DNA of 61,941 bases from a virus (IMGVR_UViG_3300033144_000144:1-61941); one strand, 5' to 3'; numbered from the stretch's first letter, positions 44,890-56,319 are shown. A program made the numbers and translations. Notes: generated from the sequence alone by a model not told the origin.

Positions 44890-44909
44890 TTCTTTTAATT
44901 TTTAAATTA

Positions 44910-46049
44910 TCAACTTTTTTTAATACTTCTAATCTTGAGTCCTCGTCCACTACTCGTGTCACCTACCGCTCTGATTTTTAATCCATCTTTGCTCATTGTG
45001 GTTGGTGTCTTTCTCATCTCCATATTTATGTTCTTAGATTTTTTACTTACTTCATCTACAGTGGATGTTACTCCTTGATTGTAGAAGAACTCTGCAAACT
45101 TATCTAAGTTCATAGCAACAGACATAGCTCGATGGTATCCTTCAGCATCTTTAATCATTCCTGTCTCCTCATCCATGTATTTACCCACGAAATTGTTGAC
45201 ATCAGATTGTCGACTCTTCAATTCATTTCCATCACCAGGTTTGAATGTAAACTTTTTCTCTCCGACATTGAACTCAAAACCTTTGAACTCATCGTTAAAA
45301 ACCTCATTGGTTTTATCCAAGAAATAATCATACCTTCTTTTCTGTGCTTCTTGAGCAGTCTTTGATTCCTCAATATAACTTCTATAACTTTCGAATTTCT
45401 CTTTGTCTTCAGATGATAACCCACCCCCACTTGACTCAAGAGGAGTTTTATACTTATCTCGTTGTTCATTAAGATACTTCTTAGCTTTAACAAGTTCTCT
45501 TTTTTTGGCTAATTGCTTTTTCTTAATATCTTTCGGATCATCTAACTCTTCGTCAAAGCTAAACTTATCCTCCATAATACTTTGAATATCATCACTATCC
45601 AAACCTTCTTCGGTTGAATTGTAATAAGCTCTTAGCACTTGGTCACTGTCCATTTCATCATAGTCCTTTTGCAATTTGTAAAAGTCCTCAATTCCACGAC
45701 CAGTGTCTTTCTTGTATTTTAAATATGCAGCAACATCTTCTGGTAAATCTTCATTTGATTCTTTAGCGTCAAATAATTGATCTACTGATTCAATGTTTTT
45801 GTCATATCTATTTTTAATATATGAAAGAACATCTGCATCATTTAACTCTGATGCTGGAGTTTTATCTTCATTAGAAGTTTCTTTCAGCTCTACCTTTTCT
45901 GCTTCTTCTTCTTTTGGTTTAGCGTCATCAAACTTCTCTTCATGTTTATCTAACAACTCTTGCTCAACTTCTGCACGAGATTTCTCTTCTCCAGATACTT
46001 CTCTTACAGTGAACTGTTGTTCTTGTGTTTCTTTTTTATTCTCTTCCAT
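44910..46049 (-). CDS. Putative scaffolding protein
   Basis: Highly acidic and helical; between portal and capsid. Confidence 0.65.
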   Translation of the reverse strand: MEENKKETQEQQFTVREVSGEEKSRAEVEQELLDKHEEKFDDAKPKEEEAEKVELKETSNEDKTPASELNDADVLSYIKNRYDKNIESVDQLFDAKESNEDLPEDVAAYLKYKKDTGRGIEDFYKLQKDYDEMDSDQVLRAYYNSTEEGLDSDDIQSIMEDKFSFDEELDDPKDIKKKQLAKKRELVKAKKYLNEQRDKYKTPLESSGGGLSSEDKEKFESYRSYIEESKTAQEAQKRRYDYFLDKTNEVFNDEFKGFEFNVGEKKFTFKPGDGNELKSRQSDVNNFVGKYMDEETGMIKDAEGYHRAMSVAMNLDKFAEFFYNQGVTSTVDEVSKKSKNINMEMRKTPTTMSKDGLKIRAVGDTSSGRGLKIRSIKKS

Positions 46050-46104
46050 TTTATTTAATTTAATTTGTACAAAGTTAATATATTATTTCTTGTTTATTTA
46101 AGGT

Positions 46105-48540
46105 CTACCTTGGGTTAAATTCAGCAAGATCAAAACCATCTAAACTGTCTTCGTTAGACTCAAAGTTTATTGGAGGGCCTCCAGTTTTTCTTTGAGTAAT
46201 CATTTTAGATTGTTGAGTGTTGGCTTCAGCTATTCTTTTAGATTTACCATCTTCTCTTTGTTTCTCTCGCATATCTACTTGCTGCTGCTCCATACCCCTT
46301 AACTGCATATTGTAGTTAAACTCAACATCCATTAATCTTCTTTTTAGTTCAGCTTCATTGTTTTGCTTTTCCATCTCAAACTGTATCTCTGCTTGTTTGA
46401 TTTGAATCTTAGCTTGTATCTCAGCTTGAGTTTGTTGCATCTTAGCTTGAGCAGCTTGTTGCTGAATTTGCATTTGTTGCTGACCTTGCATAGCTTGAGC
46501 TTGTTGTTTTTGTTGTTGCTCTTGCTCTTGCTTTTGTTTTCTCTTAACTTTTAATAGCTGGTTAGCCATCTTTAAATTATTAAGAGTTCTAATATCAATA
46601 GCGTCTTCTAAATCAATGCCACCCTTTTGTAAAGCCATTTGAATGTTTTGTTCAAGTTGTGCTTTCTCTTCTTCATCAGGTGTCATTTCAATATATATAC
46701 CAAAATCATATAGGTAAAGGTTTTTAATCTCTTCTAAAATACCTAAGTTATACTTACCTATTTGCATTGCAAACTCATCTCTAAAGTCTGCATACTCTAA
46801 AATATCCGCAGTTCTTATAGATAATGCTTCAGCTAAAGTTCTTGTTATATATAAACTTGATTGGAGAATATGTCTTGTAGCTACATTAGAATTAAGTGCA
46901 GCTAATTTTTGTACACCAACTAATGAATTAGGATCTGGTGTAGAAGCATCTCTGGCTTCATTAAGCCCTGTTACTTGTCGTAACATATTTAGATAGTGAT
47001 TATAGTTACCTATAAGCATTTGCATTTTGCTACCACCACTATTAGATGTTAACTGAGAGATAGGAACTTTAGCATTATTAAATTCACCATCTTGTGTATA
47101 CGACCTACCCACAACACTACCTGTTTGGAAATAAAGTCTTAATGCATCTGAAGGATCATAAGCATTACCTGTACCTAAATCTACTTCACTTAATCCATCC
47201 GCATCTATAAATACACCATCAGGTACAACTTTAGAAACTACTTGTTGTATTTTTAAGTGAGTCATTTGAATTAAATCAGCAAAAGGTATCATCCTTCTAA
47301 CTAAAGAATCTAATGCTCCTTTATACATTCTTGGTGCACATGCTACATAATTAGGCATAGCAAATTGATTAGCAGAATTAGGGCGAACCATATTCTCCAT
47401 CAATTCCCACTTCAATAAAAGGTTACTACCCATAACCATTACACCATCATACCAAACATCTATTCTCTTTTCAACTCTTTCAAAGTTTCCTTCATCCATC
47501 ATTTCTTGTGGTGGATTAAACTCATCGGTTTTTTCTACAGTCTTAAATGTTCCTTCAGCTAATTGTTTCTTTTTGTAAACAAAACTGTTTGTGCTTTTGT
47601 AATTAAAAAACAATAATGTACAAGTATCTCTTGCAAACATACTGTTCTCATACATTGCAGCTACATTATAATAATCATACCACGACTGACTGTACTTAGA
47701 TATTTCATCTAAATCCTCTTCTGTTAAGTCTGGGTTTATTTTTAAAACTTCTGTAATTGGAACTGTTTTAATTTCACCCCAATAAAAACAATCCTTAAAG
47801 TAAGGATCTTCAGTATAACTATAAACAACATTAGCTGGATCAACATACTCTACACGAATACCATCACCTTGCTGAAACATATGTTTAGTCATACCTATAC
47901 CTAAAGTAGCTAAATCCATATCCACTCTTTTACGAGTATCTTGATAATGGTTTTCTTCAAGCATAGTATTAATAGCAATCTCATTAGCAATTTCTATAGA
48001 TGGCTTATAATTTAATTGCATATAAAGCTCCATCTCAGAATCACTTTGTGGTAATGTTTTAGGATCAACCTGAAACACTTCCATTTGAAAATCCTTTTCT
48101 ACTTGATGAAATAAATCTTGAGCAGCAACATTAACCTCAACCATCTTTTGGAATTGGTTTCTTTTCTCGGCTGACATAGCATCTGAAGCTACACAGTTTA
48201 CTTTGAATAATCTATCAGCCATACCGTTAACAACGATATCTACAAACTTGGGAATAATAGGTATAGGAGTCCAATCTAAATTTAAGTAAGACAAATCACC
48301 GTCTACTGCTAATTCTTCTTTGTATTTTGCTATTGACTGCTCTCCTCTTGCGTATAACCTGAGTCGGTTAAATTCCGTCCATTGATTGTAGAATCTACAA
48401 CTCATGCCATCCTTTCTGAACCACTCGTATTGTATAGCTTGACCTACCTGTAATCCGAACTCTTTTGTAGCTTTCGTAGAATCAGACACAAATTGATCAG
48501 GAAATGCAGCAGACTGTATATCTATTTGGACTGCTTTCAT
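46105..48540 (-). CDS. Portal protein
   Basis: 811 aa; LDWTPIPIIPKFVDIVVNGM; TGLNEARD; Gln-rich C-terminal barrel. Confidence 0.85.
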   Translation of the reverse strand: MKAVQIDIQSAAFPDQFVSDSTKATKEFGLQVGQAIQYEWFRKDGMSCRFYNQWTEFNRLRLYARGEQSIAKYKEELAVDGDLSYLNLDWTPIPIIPKFVDIVVNGMADRLFKVNCVASDAMSAEKRNQFQKMVEVNVAAQDLFHQVEKDFQMEVFQVDPKTLPQSDSEMELYMQLNYKPSIEIANEIAINTMLEENHYQDTRKRVDMDLATLGIGMTKHMFQQGDGIRVEYVDPANVVYSYTEDPYFKDCFYWGEIKTVPITEVLKINPDLTEEDLDEISKYSQSWYDYYNVAAMYENSMFARDTCTLLFFNYKSTNSFVYKKKQLAEGTFKTVEKTDEFNPPQEMMDEGNFERVEKRIDVWYDGVMVMGSNLLLKWELMENMVRPNSANQFAMPNYVACAPRMYKGALDSLVRRMIPFADLIQMTHLKIQQVVSKVVPDGVFIDADGLSEVDLGTGNAYDPSDALRLYFQTGSVVGRSYTQDGEFNNAKVPISQLTSNSGGSKMQMLIGNYNHYLNMLRQVTGLNEARDASTPDPNSLVGVQKLAALNSNVATRHILQSSLYITRTLAEALSIRTADILEYADFRDEFAMQIGKYNLGILEEIKNLYLYDFGIYIEMTPDEEEKAQLEQNIQMALQKGGIDLEDAIDIRTLNNLKMANQLLKVKRKQKQEQEQQQKQQAQAMQGQQQMQIQQQAAQAKMQQTQAEIQAKIQIKQAEIQFEMEKQNNEAELKRRLMDVEFNYNMQLRGMEQQQVDMREKQREDGKSKRIAEANTQQSKMITQRKTGGPPINFESNEDSLDGFDLAEFNPR

Positions 48541-50783
48541 GTAATTATTTTACTTTGAGTACTCTTATTATTATATCTCGCAAAGTTAATACTTATTTTT
48601 GATTTTGGTTTAGACGGTGTGTATAAGTGCTTTTGTGTAGCCATTATCGCTAAACCTGAACTAATAGCGGCATCAAACTTTGTTCTCTTTGTTATATCGA
48701 ATTTTGCCCAGTCCTCTAATGTTCTACCAAAATACATAGAACCCATATCTCCTGAATCTCTATAAGTACCTTCAAAATCAATACCAACATATTTTTCTAT
48801 ATACGATTCTATGGCAGATGCGTGAGACTGTTTTACATCTTCTGAACTGTTAGGTATTCCCCCAAGTTCTCTTTCTGTTTTAGAAAGTTTATTATATACT
48901 TTGTCAGGCCTATTCATTGAATAACCTCTATATCCTCTATTCTTTAAATGATATAGTAATCTTGGTTTATTGTTCTCACACAATATAGGCATACCGTAAA
49001 AAACCAAAGCCATTAAAACTTCTTCAAAAAATATCTCTGCTGTTTGTGGTCTTGCTATGTATTCTAAAAAGAATTCATTACTTGGTGCTTCATCCATATT
49101 AAATTTAGTTAGACCATGTAATGCACCATTAGATCCTTTACCAACAACAACACCAGATATATCATAACTATCACATCCAAATGCACCCAGATGTTCGTTG
49201 CCTGGTTTCTTCATACCACGCTCAACAACCTGTCTATTTTGTAAATGAGCTGGAGGCATCCATGTACAAAGAAACCTACCGTTTTTATTTGGTGTCCAAA
49301 TTACTTTAGTATCCTTTATACCATCTTTCCAGTGAAACGATCCTCTGGTTACATGGTGTGACATAATTAAAGAATCATTGTAATCTATTTGCTGATATAT
49401 CTTAGTTAGATTAAATAAAGATTGTTTACTTTCATCTCTAAATGCGTGTGATTCTGTTCTTGGGAATTGTCTATAAAACTCATTTAAAGCATCAGGATCT
49501 TGTGATAAAGACTCTACTTCATTTTCCCAATAATCTATAGCCCCCATTGTTATATCTTCTCCATCAATTCCTATGATAGTTTTAATAGGTGTTTTTAATA
49601 CAGGCATACCATACCTATCTATATAACCCTCAAAGTTCCATTCCATAGGAATGAACAGGCAATATAATCCGCTTTTAGTTTGACCGTTAGCGTTTCTCTC
49701 ACTCGGCATAGAGTCATTGTATAATTTTTTAAAATTATCACCACCCTTATCCAAAGCATTAGATGTAGATCCCATCATACACTTACCGATAATCTTACTA
49801 CCTAATCTTAAACAAGTCTTTGTAACTCTCCAGTTGTTTAATATATTATCTGGCTTTTCCCATTTACCACTTTCATCATGTAATAGTAGTTGTAGTTTCT
49901 CACCATCATAACTATTATCTCCAGTGTTCTTCCAGTCAATAGTAGTGTCTAATCCTTCAAGCTCCTCATCAGCAATACTATGCATATTCTTTTTAGTAAT
50001 CTTAGATGCTGGAACTCTATATGCTAATTCTGTTTTAGGTTTATCCATACCATCTTGTATGGGTTTAAAAAAGAAAGGGTAGTTATTAGATATAGGAACT
50101 ACCTTATCAGTAAACATTTTTTTAGCATCCGAACCTGTCTTAGATAATATACCTATACGAGCATCCTTAGTAATAGTTGCTTGGTTGACTCCTTCAGAAG
50201 AACTCATAAAAGAAAATCCAGATCGTCTTATCTTTAAATAACACATTCCAAAACTTCTTTTATCTGCTTTACATGCTTCCCAAAAAATATAGAACACTCT
50301 ATTTGCTTCTCTAAAATCAGGATTACCTACATCAATCTTTGTCCATTGTAAATACATATAGTGTGTTCCTGTAATGTATGTAGGAACTCCTTTATTCATG
50401 AACCAATGTCCCTGTTCTCTTCTGTCAAACTCTTCTTCAATATACTCTACCCATTGAGACTTAAATACATCAGGAGTATCGTGCCATTGAAATATAGATT
50501 TTATTCTACTTAATTCTTTTGATATAGGTGTGGATTCCCAGTATTGGTCTTCCTTTTTATTAGCCCTACTATATACATTTTTAGGGGGTTTAGGTAAAGC
50601 AATCTTTAAACCATTGACATCAATAATAGTTTCAATCTGACCTGTTTTAGATATTACAACAATGTCATACTTTTCATTATAACCATACACCCAACTTCTT
50701 GCTCTATTTTTATTTGTTAAAACAGATTTAGGTATATGATTATTTATTGTTTTGTATAAACTATTTTGATCTTGATTCTGCAA
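48537..50783 (-). CDS. terL: Terminase large subunit
   Basis: LKIRRSGFS, LLLHDESGKW, GSTSN, FGCDSYD, LCENN, FDAAISSGL. Confidence 0.9.
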   Translation of the reverse strand: MQNQDQNSLYKTINNHIPKSVLTNKNRARSWVYGYNEKYDIVVISKTGQIETIIDVNGLKIALPKPPKNVYSRANKKEDQYWESTPISKELSRIKSIFQWHDTPDVFKSQWVEYIEEEFDRREQGHWFMNKGVPTYITGTHYMYLQWTKIDVGNPDFREANRVFYIFWEACKADKRSFGMCYLKIRRSGFSFMSSSEGVNQATITKDARIGILSKTGSDAKKMFTDKVVPISNNYPFFFKPIQDGMDKPKTELAYRVPASKITKKNMHSIADEELEGLDTTIDWKNTGDNSYDGEKLQLLLHDESGKWEKPDNILNNWRVTKTCLRLGSKIIGKCMMGSTSNALDKGGDNFKKLYNDSMPSERNANGQTKSGLYCLFIPMEWNFEGYIDRYGMPVLKTPIKTIIGIDGEDITMGAIDYWENEVESLSQDPDALNEFYRQFPRTESHAFRDESKQSLFNLTKIYQQIDYNDSLIMSHHVTRGSFHWKDGIKDTKVIWTPNKNGRFLCTWMPPAHLQNRQVVERGMKKPGNEHLGAFGCDSYDISGVVVGKGSNGALHGLTKFNMDEAPSNEFFLEYIARPQTAEIFFEEVLMALVFYGMPILCENNKPRLLYHLKNRGYRGYSMNRPDKVYNKLSKTERELGGIPNSSEDVKQSHASAIESYIEKYVGIDFEGTYRDSGDMGSMYFGRTLEDWAKFDITKRTKFDAAISSGLAIMATQKHLYTPSKPKSKISINFARYNNKSTQSKIIT

Positions 50784-51039
50784 ATCCTTTTAATGTATTA
50801 GTTTTCTTTTCAGCTACATCTCCATTTAACATAGCTCTTTCTTCATCTATTTTTTTTATAATTTCAAACGCATCCATTATGCAAAGTTTTTTAGTAGCAG
50901 CAGCGTTCTTTAATCTATCAGCAGCAAGTTCATCATCTTTTTCATATTTAATAATATCTTCTTTAGCCACCTTTATAAGTTGTTGAACAGCTTTCTCTCC
51001 AGCTTCTATAATACTTTCTTTTAATTTCTTCGTATCCAT
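50761..51039 (-). CDS. Putative terminase small subunit
   Basis: Helical 92-aa ORF overlapping TerL start; ends GFAE. Confidence 0.5.
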   Translation of the reverse strand: MDTKKLKESIIEAGEKAVQQLIKVAKEDIIKYEKDDELAADRLKNAAATKKLCIMDAFEIIKKIDEERAMLNGDVAEKKTNTLKGFAESRSK

Positions 51040-51611
51040 TATTTAAATTTATAAAACATTACATATACTTCCCTTCCCTCTTTCCAAGATCTATTAGGAT
51101 ATTTACTATGGAAATAGTTAGAAGGATAAGATACAAGTCTGTTTTGTTCATAACCAAGTACAGATGTTAGTCTCCACTTATTTAACATTTCAGCATCTTC
51201 CGTAAGCAATAAATCAAATTCTTTATCGCTAATATCCATGGGTAGTTTATCACCATATATATCATGTTCCCACAAAGCAGTTCCATTTAACTCTTCTAAT
51301 TCTCTTGGTGACATATAAAGAACTAAAGCTCTATCTGGCTGTTCTCCATTTATTTTTGCGTCTGCATGTATTCTCCAGCTTGTATCTAAATCATCATTAG
51401 ACATTCTAAAGAAACTTAATATATTGTATAACTCTTTTCCTTCAAAGTTAGACAGCTTACTTAATACATAATCATCAAATGCTTTCGGTGACTCTTGAGT
51501 ATAGAAGTGTTTTTCACCCACCTTTCTATCAAGCCATTTACCTTTTTTTAAATAGTCAGTAGCTATTTTAAATAAATCTTTATCTACGAAATCATCTAAT
51601 ATATATATCAT
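51039..51611 (-). CDS. 2OG-Fe(II) oxygenase-like (DUF6445-like) protein
   Basis: ILDDF...IHAD...LYMSP...GTALWEH...NRLVSY...FHS...R. Confidence 0.7.
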   Translation of the reverse strand: MIYILDDFVDKDLFKIATDYLKKGKWLDRKVGEKHFYTQESPKAFDDYVLSKLSNFEGKELYNILSFFRMSNDDLDTSWRIHADAKINGEQPDRALVLYMSPRELEELNGTALWEHDIYGDKLPMDISDKEFDLLLTEDAEMLNKWRLTSVLGYEQNRLVSYPSNYFHSKYPNRSWKEGREVYVMFYKFK

Positions 51612-52171
51612 AAAGTCATGGTTATATTATTAGTAAACATTCGATATAGCTTTTCCCCTTCCACTTGAAAAGGATATTCACTACCAGGAGTGAATGATAT
51701 CTCATCTCCTTGTTTTACACCTAAATCCAACAACTCTTGATTAATATATTTTATTTTACCAAACAGAGGTTCTTCTCCTCCTGGTTTAAATATGTATGAG
51801 TCCTTTATATCTACAGGTTCAACAAAACAATACTTTCCCCAAGCATTCCATTCTTTACCATTATGATACATATAAAATTGTTCTTGGTCTACTAAGAACA
51901 AATTTTCTTTTAAATAACTTCTTCCGCTTTTTCTTCTACCCTTCATATCGTTGTAGAATTTAAAAACATTGTGATGCACTAATAAAGTATCACCCTTTTT
52001 AATAGGGCCTTTATATCCAATAGGAGTTTCAACAACTATTGCAAAACGATTAGATGCGGTATGATCTTCCTCAGAAACACTGGTAATAAAATTAACTCCA
52101 CCAATCTCTTTCTGATTATCATACCTCCTGTCGTTAACTGGAGTTACAATAAAGCAGTATGGAGATTTCAT
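51608..52171 (-). CDS. GroES-like (tandem) protein
   Basis: Two GroES-like halves: AIVVETP...KGDTLLVHH and GKIKY...GDEISF...GEKLYRM. Confidence 0.55.
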   Translation of the reverse strand: MKSPYCFIVTPVNDRRYDNQKEIGGVNFITSVSEEDHTASNRFAIVVETPIGYKGPIKKGDTLLVHHNVFKFYNDMKGRRKSGRSYLKENLFLVDQEQFYMYHNGKEWNAWGKYCFVEPVDIKDSYIFKPGGEEPLFGKIKYINQELLDLGVKQGDEISFTPGSEYPFQVEGEKLYRMFTNNITMTL

Positions 52172-52386
52172 TAGAAGTTTATATTATATTCTACAGATAT
52201 TGGTAGGGTATTTAAAAACTCTTTCCACACAAAAACTTTTTCGTCTTTCTGTACCCAGATTCTAAAAGATTCTTTTTGTGCTTGTATAAGGTGTATGGTG
52301 TGAGAACCTCCTAAGACCTCTTGTCCTTTAATGTAGTGCATTCCTGTTTTGTAGTCTGCACCAACTGATATTTTTCTAATGTCCAT
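52171..52386 (-). CDS. Hypothetical protein
   Basis: 71-aa ORF. Confidence 0.7.
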   Translation of the reverse strand: MDIRKISVGADYKTGMHYIKGQEVLGGSHTIHLIQAQKESFRIWVQKDEKVFVWKEFLNTLPISVEYNINF

Positions 52387-52405
52387 TTCATTTTATTTAA
52401 TTATT

Positions 52406-55291
52406 TTATACTACATATAGCCTCTCCAATTCAATATCAATCTGTCCTGAGAACTTAAATAAAGAAGTTGCAGTTGTCGTTACAGCCATCATAATAGCCT
52501 CATCTTGTCCTAATCTCTTATCTGATGTAGGTATTCCTGATAAATCCATTTGACAACAATTCATATCATTATATAAACCAGCTGTTTGTATAAGAGTACA
52601 ACTACCCATTAATGTCCATGTTACAACATCTGCTTCATTATTACATATGGCTCTTTTATAAAGATTTACAGTTAGATTTTTTATATCCATAGCTAACCGT
52701 ACATTAACCGTACACAACTCATAAAACTCATTAGATGTACATGGGCCATTTGATCCAGGTGAAGCCCACAAGATTGAGTTCATAATTCTTCCTCCATTGC
52801 TTGGATTAGTTATTGTAGGATCAAAAATATTATAACCTATCAAATCGTTAGACATTATTGTGTTAGGAGGAAGAGGGGCTGTAGGATCGCAAGGATCTTC
52901 GAAAAGCCAAAAGTCTTTGTTTGGATCTTGTTTTGTTAGACCAGCATTAGGACTATAAAACTTTCTACTTCTAAAAATAGTATTATTTCCACTACCACCA
53001 CCAGAAGCTGCGATAGTAACTGAACCAGTGCTTTGATTTATATTAATTCCAGCACCAGCAACAATTTCTGTTACACCAGTGTTGGTGATTGTAAGAGTAT
53101 CAACATTACTTGTTGTGGTTTGTATACCAGTTCCTCCTAAGACATCAAGTTTATCCTGATCACTAATAGTTTGAGTTGGGCCTCCATCAGCTGTAACATC
53201 AAAAGATGTCATACCACCACCACCGCCACCAGAAGATGCGATAGTTATTTCATTAGAACCATTGTCTGTTAAGGTAATATTAGCACCAGCTACTAATTTT
53301 ACTATATCAGTATTAGCTGGATTACTTTGTAGATAAGTCATATCTACATTAGAACCGTTTTGTGCACTGGTAAATGTTGCAGATCCACCTACTGTTCCGT
53401 TAGAAGCAGCGGTAATCTGTCCTTGAGCATTTACTGTGATATCAGCATTTGTGTAAGCCCCAGCCACTACCCCTGTATTAGCTAAAGTATAAGTAACAGT
53501 ATCTACCGCTGTAACAGCAGATGTTAATCCTGTTCCAGCTAAGAAGAAAACACTATCACCATCAGTAACACCTTGGGTTGCTCCAGCACCATCTTCTATC
53601 TTAAATGAACTCATAGATCCACCACCACCAGTAGCGTCAAGTGTTATTGAACTTCCAGTATCAGTAATGGTAATATTAGTACCAGCAATAATCTGAACAT
53701 TATCTATTGTGCCATCACTACCTATTAAACTTAGGGTTGAATTGTTTCCGTTCTGTTGTGATGATAAATCATATGTTGTGTCTGTTGGAGTAGCTCCACT
53801 ACTAATAGCAGATACATGGCCATACTGATCAACTGTAACGGTTGCATAAGTAAATTGTCCAGCTGGGCCTGTACCAAGAGCGTGGTGTATCTCTACGGTA
53901 TCTACCGCCATTGCCTTAGTGTAAATAGGATTGTTACCTACTTGACCTGTAAAAGTAAGTATATCATTATTTACTATTGGTAGGTTAGCACCACTATCAG
54001 CTCTTACATCAAAAGTACTCATTCCTCCAGGTGCATTCACCCATGTTATAGAGTTACCATTTGATTGTAGTATTTGACCAGCAGCTCCTGTTCCATTGTT
54101 AGCTACTATGAATCCAGGAGTCATAGAAGGTGCGGTTATATTTGCTGCACCTGTTAATATGATATTATTATTTGAGGTATTACCAACAGTTAAGGTATCA
54201 TCTAAATCACAACACTTTAGAGAAGGTGTAGTCCACTCAACTCCTGTTGCTGTTGCTGTTAAATAATCACCCACATTACCTACTGATGCATTTGCACTAA
54301 TTGTAGTGTTCGTTCCTAAAACTAAACTTCCTGATAAATCAATAAGACCTGTTAGATTAATATCTTGTACAGCTGTATTACCAGCATCTAAAACCTCTTG
54401 AAGTGTCGATGCTCCTGTATTATTTATCCAAGCAACTCCAGCTCCAGTTGAGCTAAGGATTTGACCAGCAACTCCAACTAATCCGTTGTTGTCTTCTATT
54501 GGCCCATCAACATCTAAAGTTCCAGAGAAAGTATTTGTTCCACTCCATGTATTTGCACCTGAAGATTGGATTAATGCATTAGCATCAAAGGTTGTGCTAC
54601 TCGGCCCTTCAAAGTTAATGCCTACACCTATAGCGGTATTACCAGCTGTTAAAGTTCCCTGAATAGTACAGCAATTTGCTAAGGCTGGATCAGCCCAAAC
54701 TATTTGTGCACCATCCCAAGTTAATACTTGACCAGGAGCACCGAATGTTCCTGTAGCATCATCAATAGTAGTACCTGGTGCTATATTAATAGAACCTGAT
54801 CCATCAATAACAAGATCAGTTCCGTTTGTCATTGAAAGAGTTTGGTTTGCACCTGACATTAATATACTTCCAGTAGTCAGTATATCTGTTCCGCCAGTTG
54901 TGTTACCAACTGCAAGTGTATCTTTTAATGAACAACAATTTGCCGCAGCTGGTGATGTCCAAGTAGCACATGCTCCTATACCTTGTGATGTTAAAACATC
55001 GCCAGGAGCACCAACGCTACCAGATAAAAATATTTGACATAAGTCAAGGTAGCCGACTCCAGGGCCACCAAACAATTCAATATGACCAGTTAAGTTAATA
55101 TCTTGTGTGGCAGCATTACCTGTATCCAACACAGACTGCAATCCTTGAAGAAGACCACCGCCACCCCCAGCGATATCACTAACTAAAAAAGTGACCGTCT
55201 TATTATCGTCACTTACATCAGTTCCAACTATGTAGTCATCCATTGCTGGAGTGACCGTAGGGTATACCGTAGTATTCTCAATTTTTGCCAT
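52406..55291 (-). CDS. Tail fibre protein with modular repeats
   Basis: 961 aa Gly/Thr-rich; LQxVLDxGN, GQVLT, TVDQYG repeats. Confidence 0.8.
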   Translation of the reverse strand: MAKIENTTVYPTVTPAMDDYIVGTDVSDDNKTVTFLVSDIAGGGGGLLQGLQSVLDTGNAATQDINLTGHIELFGGPGVGYLDLCQIFLSGSVGAPGDVLTSQGIGACATWTSPAAANCCSLKDTLAVGNTTGGTDILTTGSILMSGANQTLSMTNGTDLVIDGSGSINIAPGTTIDDATGTFGAPGQVLTWDGAQIVWADPALANCCTIQGTLTAGNTAIGVGINFEGPSSTTFDANALIQSSGANTWSGTNTFSGTLDVDGPIEDNNGLVGVAGQILSSTGAGVAWINNTGASTLQEVLDAGNTAVQDINLTGLIDLSGSLVLGTNTTISANASVGNVGDYLTATATGVEWTTPSLKCCDLDDTLTVGNTSNNNIILTGAANITAPSMTPGFIVANNGTGAAGQILQSNGNSITWVNAPGGMSTFDVRADSGANLPIVNNDILTFTGQVGNNPIYTKAMAVDTVEIHHALGTGPAGQFTYATVTVDQYGHVSAISSGATPTDTTYDLSSQQNGNNSTLSLIGSDGTIDNVQIIAGTNITITDTGSSITLDATGGGGSMSSFKIEDGAGATQGVTDGDSVFFLAGTGLTSAVTAVDTVTYTLANTGVVAGAYTNADITVNAQGQITAASNGTVGGSATFTSAQNGSNVDMTYLQSNPANTDIVKLVAGANITLTDNGSNEITIASSGGGGGGMTSFDVTADGGPTQTISDQDKLDVLGGTGIQTTTSNVDTLTITNTGVTEIVAGAGININQSTGSVTIAASGGGSGNNTIFRSRKFYSPNAGLTKQDPNKDFWLFEDPCDPTAPLPPNTIMSNDLIGYNIFDPTITNPSNGGRIMNSILWASPGSNGPCTSNEFYELCTVNVRLAMDIKNLTVNLYKRAICNNEADVVTWTLMGSCTLIQTAGLYNDMNCCQMDLSGIPTSDKRLGQDEAIMMAVTTTATSLFKFSGQIDIELERLYVV

Positions 55292-55551
55292 TACTCAACT
55301 TTTTCTAATTCATTTTTTTCTTTTTCGGAAATTTCTCCAGTTTGAATATCGATAACAGCGTCTTCACCATACTTCTCAGTTAGTCTATCTTCGACTAATT
55401 TGTAACTATCTTTTAGCTTCTTAACTTCTGCAAGAAGATGCTCTTTAGTTAGTTCAGTATCAGCGATCTTTAATTTAAGCTGATTAAAAGCGTTATTCAT
55501 AGATTGAACTTCAACCAATTCTGCTTCCGTAATTTTTTTTGCTTCTGCCAT
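55291..55551 (-). CDS. Small coiled-coil protein (paralogue of 59152..59400)
   Basis: EKYGEDAVIDIQTGEI. Confidence 0.7.
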   Translation of the reverse strand: MAEAKKITEAELVEVQSMNNAFNQLKLKIADTELTKEHLLAEVKKLKDSYKLVEDRLTEKYGEDAVIDIQTGEISEKEKNELEKVE

Positions 55552-55619
55552 TTTATTTAATTTTAGATTAATATTTAATAGTTACAAAGATAGTAAAATA
55601 TATTTTGTCGGTCTAACGA

Positions 55620-56309
55620 CTATCTCCCACTTTCAGCTGACTCAAGAATACCATCCGCAAAGTTAAGTCTTACAGGATTACCTCTACAATCACACAGATC
55701 TATTGTTCCTGTAAATCCAACTGTACCAGTTATAAATCCAGCACCATTAGTTAACATATTAGTATTTATTGAGGAAATAGGAGCTTTCTGAACTCCACGA
55801 CCTGGCTCGTCAAATATAAACTGACACTCTTTATTGGGTTGACCACTTGGTGCTGCAAGAATTACATTGTTATTTGAAAGGCCATAATCTACCTCTACAC
55901 TTGCAGTTCCAGAAGTAGAACCTCCAGTTAGTCCAAGTAATGTTGTTACACCAGTTATAGTACCTACTCCATAACCAGCTCCATTTGTGAGTTGATTATT
56001 GTTTGTGATATAATTAGCATTAGTATCTCCTGTAAATCCTAAAGTACCCAGAGACATTGTTCTGGTAGTTACTGATAGAACAACACCATCTTTTGTGTCT
56101 AAAGAAGCTAATACATTTTGACCTGAATAGTTAAGGCTTGAGGTTGTACCAATAACTGTGTTACCACTGCTTGTTACATAACCAGCTCCATTGATGAGCT
56201 GATTATTATCAGTGGGTATAGTAGTACTGGTAAACGCATTAAGTCCAAGGTTGTTTCCATTAATTTGAATATCTGGGACTTGTATGTCATCCTTAAATTG
56301 TATTGCCAT
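55620..56309 (-). CDS. Short fibre protein
   Basis: Three NNQLxNGAG(Y/F)-like repeats. Confidence 0.7.
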   Translation of the reverse strand: MAIQFKDDIQVPDIQINGNNLGLNAFTSTTIPTDNNQLINGAGYVTSSGNTVIGTTSSLNYSGQNVLASLDTKDGVVLSVTTRTMSLGTLGFTGDTNANYITNNNQLTNGAGYGVGTITGVTTLLGLTGGSTSGTASVEVDYGLSNNNVILAAPSGQPNKECQFIFDEPGRGVQKAPISSINTNMLTNGAGFITGTVGFTGTIDLCDCRGNPVRLNFADGILESAESGR

Positions 56310-56319
56310 TTATATATGT

